IMG/VR virus record: IMGVR_UViG_3300031994_000067
Location: 1-64,000 of that record
Source of the DNA: a virus
Lineage: Duplodnaviria > Caudoviricetes
Length of the DNA: 64,000 bases
Reading direction: 5' to 3' (one strand)
Below the pieces are notes generated by a model. The model was not told the DNA's origin. It did not search any database and saw only the letters and a list, made by a program, of their open reading frames with translations. The position numbers were made by a program, and so were the translations under genes. Shown piece after piece: positions 9,290 to 17,735 of this stretch; the first letter of the stretch is position 1; every line of letters begins with the position of its first letter.

Positions 9290-10474
9290 TCATATAGCAA
9301 TAATTAATTTATTTATGGCTCTAGAGCACCCAACATAAAGCCACTTAGAGTAGAAGTCTTTACCTCTGTGAAGGTTCTCATTTATCAATAACACACTGTC
9401 GTATTGTGAACCTTGTGCCAAGTGACAAGTTATCGCATAACCATACTCAAATTTATCAAAAGAAGACTGGTAATTACGTTTGGTGAGATAATCCAAATGA
9501 AGATATTTCCAGTCAATAGGAATGGAATGAAAACATTTATCTTTGACAAAATCCGGTCGGAAGTCAATATCCAGAGTCCTCTTATTAAAGGACTCATAAT
9601 CAATATCTTGAACGTATCCGATCATTCCATTTATCAGAAAGATGTTATCGTCCAGACGACGAGACCAATTATTCTCCCGACATATCATCTTTTCACCTAA
9701 GGCAATGTCGCCTTCCATGTGATAGATGTTTTTCCGGATATAATGATTCAATTTCTCACGAGTATTATTGTAACCACAAATGATAACTTCGCTGTTCCTG
9801 ATAATATCCTCATGTTTCAGAATAGTCTCTTGTGGTACTATAAACACTCTATCTTGGTAAGAACCGCATTTGAATTCGTCCCATCGATGTTCTCTTGCCA
9901 ATGTAGCAAAATGAATTATTGGATTCTCTTCAGCCTGCCTCATTATCTGAGTCAACACCACATCAGGATGTTTAAGACAAGCTGGAGATCCAAATACTGG
10001 GGGAAGTTGATGTAAATCTCCCAGTACAATAATTGGTTTACCGAAACTTTTCAAATCATTAAAGAGTTTTTCGTCTACCATAGAACCTTCATCCACAATA
10101 ATGACTTTGATGTTATCGGGCAATTTGTCTTTCTTGATAAATTTCTTCGTCATAACTACCATATCATCAACCATAACGAATTTACCATTTTTATCCAACT
10201 TAGGAACGTCAATGCATTCGTATATAGCCGAGTGGATGGTTCTAGCCGGTAGACCTCTCATAGATAATACCATAGCGGCTTTTCCTACAAAAGCCACGTA
10301 AAGACCTTCATCAACCGAAATATTGCAAGCTTCTAATATCCACCTAACTAAGGTAGTTTTTCCTGTACCTGCAAATCCAGCGATTTCGAATACTTGTTTC
10401 TTACGTTTCTTAAACCATTTAACCCCTTTTGTTATGGCTTCAGATTGTTGTTCGTTTGGGGTGATACATTCCAC
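9290..10474 (-). CDS. SF1B (Dda/RecD2-like) DNA helicase
   Basis: Walker A GFAGTGKT, IIVDEGSMV, GDLHQLPPV, LTQIMRQ, YAITCHLAQGSQYD. Confidence 0.9.
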   Translation of the reverse strand: MECITPNEQQSEAITKGVKWFKKRKKQVFEIAGFAGTGKTTLVRWILEACNISVDEGLYVAFVGKAAMVLSMRGLPARTIHSAIYECIDVPKLDKNGKFVMVDDMVVMTKKFIKKDKLPDNIKVIIVDEGSMVDEKLFNDLKSFGKPIIVLGDLHQLPPVFGSPACLKHPDVVLTQIMRQAEENPIIHFATLAREHRWDEFKCGSYQDRVFIVPQETILKHEDIIRNSEVIICGYNNTREKLNHYIRKNIYHMEGDIALGEKMICRENNWSRRLDDNIFLINGMIGYVQDIDYESFNKRTLDIDFRPDFVKDKCFHSIPIDWKYLHLDYLTKRNYQSSFDKFEYGYAITCHLAQGSQYDSVLLINENLHRGKDFYSKWLYVGCSRAINKLIIAI

Positions 10475-10527
10475 ACAAACACTTCCTTTTATAAAAACGA
10501 TAATCTGACATCGCCCACCCTCCTAAG

Positions 10528-10626
10528 TATATATTATCGTGGTGTATAGGAGTTTAGTAGGAGTTCTCTTGTACTAAATTGCGAAAACCTACGATCCTGC
10601 CATACCTTTAAAAGGAGGTAATAATT
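10528..10626 (+). promoter_or_regulatory. Conserved structured early 5'-leader (one of 4 copies)
   Basis: TTTAGTAGGA...TACTAAA...AAACCTACGATCC followed by an RBS-overlapping hairpin; also at 283-351(-), 59886-59975(-) and 60436-60525(-). Confidence 0.65.
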
Positions 10627-10965
10627 ATGGCAAAAATTTTCACTGCGGAAGAGATTCGTAAACGCCAAAAACTCAGCGGCAAAGTCCGCGAGGTTATCGA
10701 CGTAATTATGCGCTATATCGTCATGTCGGCCGACAATGGCGAAAGCGACATTTACATCAAGATCGACCGCGACGTTGTTGACGCAGTCACCGACAAGCTT
10801 AAGTCCAACGGGTTCATCGTCGAATATTATCCGCGCTATGGAAGCGCGTTTATTGGTTGGAAAGAATACGGCGGCGGCGAAGTCAACGACAAACAGACGG
10901 GCGAAAGCGCGAGCGGCAAGGCGAATGTCACCGACAAACAGACGGGCAACTTCAGCAAACAATAA
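10627..10965 (+). CDS. Small early hypothetical protein
   Basis: AAAGGAGG RBS; TATATATTAT (10528-10537) and conserved leader upstream; terminator at 10975-11009. Confidence 0.8.
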   Translation: MAKIFTAEEIRKRQKLSGKVREVIDVIMRYIVMSADNGESDIYIKIDRDVVDAVTDKLKSNGFIVEYYPRYGSAFIGWKEYGGGEVNDKQTGESASGKANVTDKQTGNFSKQ

Positions 10966-10974
10966 ATGGTTGCG

Positions 10975-11009
10975 ACCTGACGCATACATTTGCGCCAGGT
11001 TTTTTTTTT
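10975..11009 (+). terminator. Intrinsic terminator
   Basis: Stem ACCTGACGCA/TGCGCCAGGT followed by a long T-run. Confidence 0.75.
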
Positions 11010-11044
11010 CCTCAAAAGACTTAATACTAAAAGAGGTGATTATT

Positions 11045-11545
11045 ATGCCAGCAACTGCTAACATAAACCAATTCGAGTATTGTTATCTGGTTGAAGATAC
11101 CGAACCTACTGCTACAGAGATGAAGATTTACGTTCCGAAACTCATGGGATTGATTCCCATGGATAATACTCCTCAGGACGAATCTGTAATGGTTGACTGT
11201 GTCAAAAACACAAATAAAGGTGATGTGAATGGCAATGCAACCACACAAGGGTACATTGTGGCTAAAGTGCAAGACACTTACTCTCACGAGCATAAACATC
11301 ATAACTGTCCAGACAATTGTCCGAATGAGTCTCATGAAAATGATTGTGGTAAGAGTTCATCTATTCTCAAAGTTTGCAAGCATTTTCATCATGACCACCA
11401 CTTCCCACATAAAGATGATTACGGTATGATTCCTGCAGGGGCTCAATTAATCTGTTGTATCATGGATCATAACATCAAAGATATTATCATCACGAGAATG
11501 TGGTGCAAATTCAGTGATTCGACAGAGATAACGAGGAGGGATTAA
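11045..11545 (+). CDS. Putative baseplate hub/spike-like virion protein with a His/Cys-rich segment
   Basis: GAGGTG RBS before the ATG at 11045; N-terminal KIYVPKLM resembles gp5-type OB-fold spikes; HEHKHH and HFHHDHH segments. Confidence 0.45.
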   Translation: MPATANINQFEYCYLVEDTEPTATEMKIYVPKLMGLIPMDNTPQDESVMVDCVKNTNKGDVNGNATTQGYIVAKVQDTYSHEHKHHNCPDNCPNESHENDCGKSSSILKVCKHFHHDHHFPHKDDYGMIPAGAQLICCIMDHNIKDIIITRMWCKFSDSTEITRRD

Positions 11546-11546
11546 C

Positions 11547-11984
11547 GTGGCTATCACCACAATCCCGTTACAAATATCTCAAGGTAAGACTCTCAATATT
11601 TCAAATGCACGTTTACATTCACACAAAGTATTGTCGGTTGATAATGATAAGATAGTAATCAATTTCTTGAGCAGATTGACTAACTATCAATATCCATTAT
11701 CTCCAAGAATCAAGATGCTTCAATTAACCAATGACCAATATCGAAAATATCGTTATCGTCCGAAAACATTATCGTTTGATTTATATGGGACGATAGAACT
11801 CGGAACTGCTCTTATGCGGATTAACGGATGTGTGTCGATGTCAGAATTCAACTTTTACAAGCTCAAAGTGTTCGACCAGAGTATTGTAGATGCTCTCATC
11901 GAAGTAATGAACAAAGAAAAGGAACGAATCACGTTAAACAATTCCGAAGTGAATAACGATATTAAAGCCAGTATTTTCGACTAA
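11547..11984 (+). CDS. Putative baseplate wedge protein (gp53/LysM-like)
   Basis: YRPKTLSFDLYGT...LMRING pattern resembling gp53-like wedge proteins. Confidence 0.5.
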   Translation: MAITTIPLQISQGKTLNISNARLHSHKVLSVDNDKIVINFLSRLTNYQYPLSPRIKMLQLTNDQYRKYRYRPKTLSFDLYGTIELGTALMRINGCVSMSEFNFYKLKVFDQSIVDALIEVMNKEKERITLNNSEVNNDIKASIFD

Positions 11985-12132
11985 ACTAGGGTTAGAGATT
12001 TTATTCTCTAACCCATTTAAACACGTTTTCACCTATATATTATCTTCTTAGAAAGTGAATTGAATACAGTCTTAATTGCTCGAAATTAGACTGAACTAAA
12101 TTATTCATATATGAGAAGTAGGTGAAAATAAC

Positions 12133-12297
12133 GTGCCGAAAAAGTGGAGTATTAAGGACACCGAGGTTATCAAACCTTGGTATCCTCAAGTTGCTTCAGC
12201 GAATACTCTCAAAGATGCTCGCCAGAAGATCGCAAATCCGATGGTAAGAGCGTTCCTGAATGCGACCGGCTTATCGCCGGCAAAACTTCTGAAGTGA
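12133..12297 (+). CDS. 54-aa early protein below the ORF-track cutoff
   Basis: GTG start after TAGGTG RBS (MPKKWSIKDTEVIKPWYPQVASANTLKDARQKIANPMVRAFLNATGLSPAKLLK); TATATATTAT at 12034-12043; hairpin plus T-tract at about 12329-12360. Confidence 0.6.
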   Translation: MPKKWSIKDTEVIKPWYPQVASANTLKDARQKIANPMVRAFLNATGLSPAKLLK

Positions 12298-12376
12298 ACC
12301 TTAACCCCTCACTTTAGAAGAAAAAAGTTTCAGGTTCGAGCACCTGATTCTTTTTTTTGTATATCTGTTACGAGTT

Positions 12377-14077
12377 CTATTTTTTAGTGGCATAGTTGTC
12401 GACTCCTGCACAGAATTTTGAAAGTTCGTCATCAGGAACCGCACTCATAACATCTATCCGTTTACGTGTAGTCGTCTTACCCTTTCGAGCACTTTCTTCT
12501 TTCGCATCTTTCTTGAGCCCAATCGACATACTGTTGATAGCCACAGATTGCGGCAACATAACATCTTCAATCAAACGTATCTTATCATTATCCGCAAATG
12601 GTTGATTGAAATACGTTCGACCTTCAGATTTATCAGCATATCTTATTTTAACTAACTTAAATGTGAGATAATACTGACCGCTCTCCTTATGACGTTCGAT
12701 GTTTATTATACAAACCCAGTCGCTATTCTCGATTAAATCCCAGCAATTCGCCACATTAGTAGCTCCCATAAATTTAGCTAAATCTTCTTTGGATTGCGTC
12801 ATTGCTTGTTCAACCACTTGGTTTCCGGCGCGGTTTATTTGCATTGCCGTAATAACTGGAATATCCAAATTCTCAGCAAGATTCTTCAATTCGCTAGAGC
12901 AATTTTTCAACTCGATTCGTTCATCACCATGACCAGATTCAGCAGCTCTGACCCTCTTAATATAGTCCACAATTAACGCAATAACTTCAGCTCCACCCAT
13001 CTCAATGTCTTCAATTAACCCATATATATCATTCGTGTCAATCTCTCTATCATTACGATATTCAATCCGAATATTAACACGATTTTCCATACTGATAGTC
13101 ATTCCACCCGTAGTCTTAAGTTCATTTATGACTTGGATCGGAGACATCTGTTCCATATCTTCGCCAGGAACTACCATTGCGAATAAACGTTCAACAGTCT
13201 CAGCTATGGAATTTTCTGTGGTTAATAAGAGAACTGTCGGAATGGCATCTGGATTTCTTCTGGGCTGAACGTTATAATTCAGAGTTTTAAACCATTTAGC
13301 TATCGATAAAAGCAAGCCGGATTTGAAATTTCCTGTGCGAGCCAAAAACATATACAACTTTCCGGACATAAAACCGGGAGATAATATTCCGTTTAAAGCT
13401 CGCAATCCTGTAGTAAATCGACGGGACTTATCTTTGAGTTTATTCACTATATCCGTAACTGAAGATTCAAATAACCCATCTTCCAATGTAAATGAGTTTG
13501 AATCTACTGAATCTTGTGACGACCGCATTTCAGCTAATAAGTGTGTTACATCTTCTCTTATAGTATTAACTGCGTCTTCATAGCTGTCAACTCTGGTAGC
13601 ATCTATCTTCTCGAAATCTTGCATGAGAAGGTCTCTATAGAAGATGATGTACGCGTATTTCAAACGATCCGTCACCGCTTTGTTAATCCATTGAATTTCT
13701 TTTTCTTGGAGCTTCGCGTATAAGTCCAATCCGTCTACGATTTTGCGAAACCCCTCTGTATTTTTCACGTGTAAACAATATGAGGCGATGACATTGATAT
13801 TAGTCATGCCTCTCTGTAATCTTGCTTCAAGCATTAAGCGTATAAAACATATCAAATCATATAACCTAACATCAGATTCATACATCGTGATGTCAATTAT
13901 TTCCATGAGTTTTTGTAAATTGATGTAGTTCGTTCGGTTTATCGAAGGTGAATCCGACGCCACATATCCCACGAACATTTCCAGCATTAGTTTGTCGAAT
14001 TTGATTTGTACCTTGCGGTCTACCTTCCCGAACTTATCACGCTTCCGCTTGATTCCACCAGCGTATTTTAAGCTCAT
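12377..14077 (-). CDS. DnaB-like replicative helicase
   Basis: Walker A-like ARTGNFKS, Walker B LIVDYI, TAMQINR; preceded by LSPGFMSG. Confidence 0.85.
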   Translation of the reverse strand: MSLKYAGGIKRKRDKFGKVDRKVQIKFDKLMLEMFVGYVASDSPSINRTNYINLQKLMEIIDITMYESDVRLYDLICFIRLMLEARLQRGMTNINVIASYCLHVKNTEGFRKIVDGLDLYAKLQEKEIQWINKAVTDRLKYAYIIFYRDLLMQDFEKIDATRVDSYEDAVNTIREDVTHLLAEMRSSQDSVDSNSFTLEDGLFESSVTDIVNKLKDKSRRFTTGLRALNGILSPGFMSGKLYMFLARTGNFKSGLLLSIAKWFKTLNYNVQPRRNPDAIPTVLLLTTENSIAETVERLFAMVVPGEDMEQMSPIQVINELKTTGGMTISMENRVNIRIEYRNDREIDTNDIYGLIEDIEMGGAEVIALIVDYIKRVRAAESGHGDERIELKNCSSELKNLAENLDIPVITAMQINRAGNQVVEQAMTQSKEDLAKFMGATNVANCWDLIENSDWVCIINIERHKESGQYYLTFKLVKIRYADKSEGRTYFNQPFADNDKIRLIEDVMLPQSVAINSMSIGLKKDAKEESARKGKTTTRKRIDVMSAVPDDELSKFCAGVDNYATKK

Positions 14078-14121
14078 AGACCTCGACCTTTCTTCACATT
14101 ATCTTTATTGCCTCGTCTACC

Positions 14122-15243
14122 TCACTTCAACTTTAAAATGGTTTCGATTCTTTCAACTGAAACATCACTCTTATCTCTCACCTTGATGAACTTACTAATC
14201 TTCTCGGGTCGCGAAATATTACTATCAAATACGAACTTGTATTTCTCCATTAAATCGTCAAGTTTCTTCTCTTGCTCAACCTGTTTAATAACTTCAGTTT
14301 TGTCAACAATCTGGAGTTTATATTCTGGTTTCTTCGAGTAGTATTCGCGGAGAAAAGATGTTATATAAGCGTAATCGTGTTCACCAGATAAGATCACCGT
14401 AATTCTCAAGTGGTCTTTCAATAAGACCTTCATTTCATTAACGAATTTCTCTGGGTTATCATTATACTCATGAATATCTGTAACGACCACAGTATCGTAC
14501 CGTTCTGCCAGAGTATTTTCAATAAATTCGTTTGCAAACGTTCCATCATCTTTGATTAGTGTAACGAGAAAACCTTTCGGAGATTCTTCACCGTAAACCC
14601 AACGAGAAAAACTTCCGACATAAGTAATCTTGTCACGAATCGAGCATCTCGTGTGGATATGTCCGAAAATGATCGGTCCCTTACAAATATCACACATCTT
14701 CTTAGAATCAAACACCGGAGCTTTAGACAACGTGATTGCGCTCTCTTGCTTAGATGCGGTAAATGCGGTCTCTCGAAACATTCCATGTCCGAATATTACA
14801 TCATAGGTCTGACCGAAATAATCTGAGTAAAATTCGTCTACATTTTTCATATATTCTTCCGGAAGGTACAAAATACGGTAGCCATTGATCTCTTCTTCGG
14901 CTACCGTATCAAATATCCTCAGGTCAATATCTTCACGTTTCTCAAATATTCTAAAGTTTTCCAGCTGATTGTTATCGTGTGATGAAGTTCCCTTAATGAT
15001 TCGAATGTAACGTATTCCGCGATATGTAGCGACAGCTAATAGATTGGACATAAATTCCATCGATAACTTCGCTGAATATGAGTTAAACGATACAATCGAA
15101 TGATAAAAATCTCCCGCGATTACAACCATATCAAGTTCGTGAGTTTTCAGATACCCTAAGAAAATTGAGTTGAGTTGCTCATACAGTTTATCAGGTTTAA
15201 CCGCGTTGAAATGAACGTCTGCTAATGTTGCTATTCTCAACAT
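14122..15243 (-). CDS. SbcD/Mre11-like nuclease
   Basis: Metallophosphoesterase motifs DVH, GDFYH, GTSSHD, GH and GHIH. Confidence 0.85.
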   Translation of the reverse strand: MLRIATLADVHFNAVKPDKLYEQLNSIFLGYLKTHELDMVVIAGDFYHSIVSFNSYSAKLSMEFMSNLLAVATYRGIRYIRIIKGTSSHDNNQLENFRIFEKREDIDLRIFDTVAEEEINGYRILYLPEEYMKNVDEFYSDYFGQTYDVIFGHGMFRETAFTASKQESAITLSKAPVFDSKKMCDICKGPIIFGHIHTRCSIRDKITYVGSFSRWVYGEESPKGFLVTLIKDDGTFANEFIENTLAERYDTVVVTDIHEYNDNPEKFVNEMKVLLKDHLRITVILSGEHDYAYITSFLREYYSKKPEYKLQIVDKTEVIKQVEQEKKLDDLMEKYKFVFDSNISRPEKISKFIKVRDKSDVSVERIETILKLK

Positions 15244-15254
15244 AAGGCATTACC

Positions 15255-15896
15255 TCACCAATAAACTTCATTTGCAATTTTGTTCCACGATGTGTAAAGC
15301 TCAAACGCCTGTTGAAATACAGGAATGAAGTGTTTCTCCATATCCTTCTTATTGATGAACTTGTAGATCTCTTCTTTGCGCATAGTGATTACTCCGAATG
15401 CCTGTACTCTTTCATAAGTTTCCGGCATCAATTCTTGTAACAATAACGCATATCCCGCAAGCTGCACGAAGAAGTCGTGATATACTTTTTTAGCAGTTTT
15501 GTAATCGATTACTGTAAGTGCACCGTCAACTTCACCTATGGCATCAATCGTTCCACCAAATCTTTCACCAACCAAAGATTGTTCATGAGCAAAAACCTTG
15601 TAATGATGATTTTCAGCCCATACCATAAAACGTTTAAACATATCAATCGATTCTTTGAAATGGGTTCCACCAACTTGCTTGCCAGACATGTAGTCTTCGA
15701 CCATTTTGTGGAAATCTGTACCGATACTCGCTCGTTCATCAAGAAACTGTTCGTATCCCACATTATTGAGTCCGAGCATATTCGCCCACTTAGCAAGTCC
15801 TGGTTTGTTCATAATTCCTATGATTGTAGTAACGGAAGGAACTCTGACACCGGTTGGATTGGTGTAAATATGATTGCCATTTTCAGTTTCCATCAT
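15255..15896 (-). CDS. PD-(D/E)xK (Cas4/RecB-like) exonuclease
   Basis: PSVTT, GTDFH, GTIDA, IDYKT and QLAGY motifs. Confidence 0.8.
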   Translation of the reverse strand: MMETENGNHIYTNPTGVRVPSVTTIIGIMNKPGLAKWANMLGLNNVGYEQFLDERASIGTDFHKMVEDYMSGKQVGGTHFKESIDMFKRFMVWAENHHYKVFAHEQSLVGERFGGTIDAIGEVDGALTVIDYKTAKKVYHDFFVQLAGYALLLQELMPETYERVQAFGVITMRKEEIYKFINKKDMEKHFIPVFQQAFELYTSWNKIANEVYW

Positions 15897-16016
15897 AGCC
15901 AATGTTATCACTTTCCTTTCTTTTCGGCAATAAACCAATTATGTTTCTTATAATGCAGTCTTTAATTAGGTTCATTATAACGCCTTTCACAACTTTCTAA
16001 AAGGAGGAAGATTGTT

Positions 16017-16697
16017 ATGCTTATGACTGCTGAAGATTACCTTAACTTGGTAACTGTGAATAAAGACATTCAACTCGGCAAGTATGTGCCTGATTATTCG
16101 ATGGCTCTTTTCAGAGATGTTCTCGAAAATCGAATCGGCGAAACATTCCAAATCAAACAATGTCGAGAAATGTTCGACGCTATTTATGAGCATCTCGATA
16201 AGACTGGAACGATAAACTTTACCAATGTCGAGATTCACTTTGCGATTCAACCGGAATCTATGGTTCAATACGTAAGTCCGTATAATAAGAATTATAAAGT
16301 CGGCAATACCGCAAAGTTTATTCATGAAAAAATTGTTTGGGTTTACAGACCAGAAGCCGTTCATGCGGGCTACATCAACGAAACTACTTACACCGATAGC
16401 AACGGAAAACGCGAAAACAATTCTCACAAATTCGGTACTGTAGATGAAATGTGGAATGTCGTGGTTCTTCATACTCACGAGAAGAATGATACGTCAAAAG
16501 AACACACAGAATTCTCAACGATTCATATCGCTATTTACTATCCCGTCAGCAAAATATTCTTCAAAGAAATATCTGATCTCTACCATGCAAGACAAATCAC
16601 TCAGAAAAGAATCGAAGAGAATCGTCAGACGATGCTGACTAAATCGAAGAAGATTAAAAAGCCTAGGTTCAAGTTAAAACATCACAAAACGAAATGA
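16017..16697 (+). CDS. Hypothetical protein
   Basis: AAAGGAGG RBS; late-type promoter at 15988-15999. Confidence 0.7.
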   Translation: MLMTAEDYLNLVTVNKDIQLGKYVPDYSMALFRDVLENRIGETFQIKQCREMFDAIYEHLDKTGTINFTNVEIHFAIQPESMVQYVSPYNKNYKVGNTAKFIHEKIVWVYRPEAVHAGYINETTYTDSNGKRENNSHKFGTVDEMWNVVVLHTHEKNDTSKEHTEFSTIHIAIYYPVSKIFFKEISDLYHARQITQKRIEENRQTMLTKSKKIKKPRFKLKHHKTK

Positions 16698-16790
16698 AAT
16701 CATTTGAGGCGAGTGTTCGTAACTCAACGAATACTCGCCATTATGCACGAAAAAGACAAAGTGATAAAAACAGAAAGGATGAGGACTGAT

Positions 16791-17729
16791 ATGATGCAGA
16801 ATATGAAGTCGCTTCGAGATACATTTATCTTTTCTCAGATGAATGAAGGCGGCTATATAGATAAAAAACTGGAATTGTTTATGAATCCAAATTCGGCTAT
16901 TGTGGCTACAAGTTCGATGCTCGAAGAACCTCTGATGCGTATCAATAAGACCTTTAAATACCCGGCTAAGATGGCGGTATTAGAAGGTTTCAAAAACGGT
17001 GCATTGGTTCCACTGGTTCTTCAAAAAGGTGTCAACGATAGAATGCCTATATCGATTCCGTTCTTGGTTAATAAAGACAGAACTAAGGCATTGGTATTCA
17101 TTGACAACTATGCCCAACCAAATAGTCAAGGTGACATAAACATCGACCACAAGAAGCTGTATTGTCTCATGGAAAGTGCATATTTTGCGTTGCAGGGAAT
17201 TCCGAGAAACAACAGCATCATTATCAACAAAGGTAGCCTTATCTGGGCTCACATTTTCACAAAAGTTCTCAATAAGAAGTTCGCTTTAAATACGGATAAA
17301 AATGCGCTTAACAAAGTCATTTTCCTCGCCAGCAAGTATTTCTTAACCAATATTATCGGAATGAAAGACCAGAACACCGTTTTCAATTATGCGCTGAAAA
17401 ATTGCAACTCTGCTACTGAAATCTTGATGAAAGATATTGATGCGGAGTTTACACCAGATACATTTGAGAACATAGCTACGTTTCTCACTAAACTTGCTAA
17501 CGTTCCTTTCAAATTCGTATCTGGTTTCGAAAAGATTACGGTGCGAGATTACATTTCGTCTTTCGCTGAAATGTATGGTCAATCCACTCTCTTTGCTCTG
17601 GAAACATTAGAGTATTTCGTATTCATGATTTCTTCTGTCGTAATCGGAGCATATCTGAATAACCAAACTACTCTCGAAGATATGGTGGATACAGATGGAG
17701 CCAAATTATACTTTGAATTGGGGAGGTGA
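16791..17729 (+). CDS. Probable virion structural protein
   Basis: Long ORF with RBS; late promoter GACA-N6-TA at 16755-16766; start reassigned from 16704. Confidence 0.6.
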   Translation: MMQNMKSLRDTFIFSQMNEGGYIDKKLELFMNPNSAIVATSSMLEEPLMRINKTFKYPAKMAVLEGFKNGALVPLVLQKGVNDRMPISIPFLVNKDRTKALVFIDNYAQPNSQGDINIDHKKLYCLMESAYFALQGIPRNNSIIINKGSLIWAHIFTKVLNKKFALNTDKNALNKVIFLASKYFLTNIIGMKDQNTVFNYALKNCNSATEILMKDIDAEFTPDTFENIATFLTKLANVPFKFVSGFEKITVRDYISSFAEMYGQSTLFALETLEYFVFMISSVVIGAYLNNQTTLEDMVDTDGAKLYFELGR

Positions 17730-17735
17730 GTAGAA

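Noticed and set aside
10736-11044. 5' extension of the 269-aa ORF 10736-11545
   Set aside because: It overlaps the 10627 gene and crosses a terminator; the GAGGTG RBS supports a start at 11045.
15255-15896. Cas4-like nuclease as a sign of a CRISPR-Cas system
   Set aside because: No array or other cas genes; solo PD-(D/E)xK nucleases next to SbcD and a helicase are ordinary phage recombination genes.
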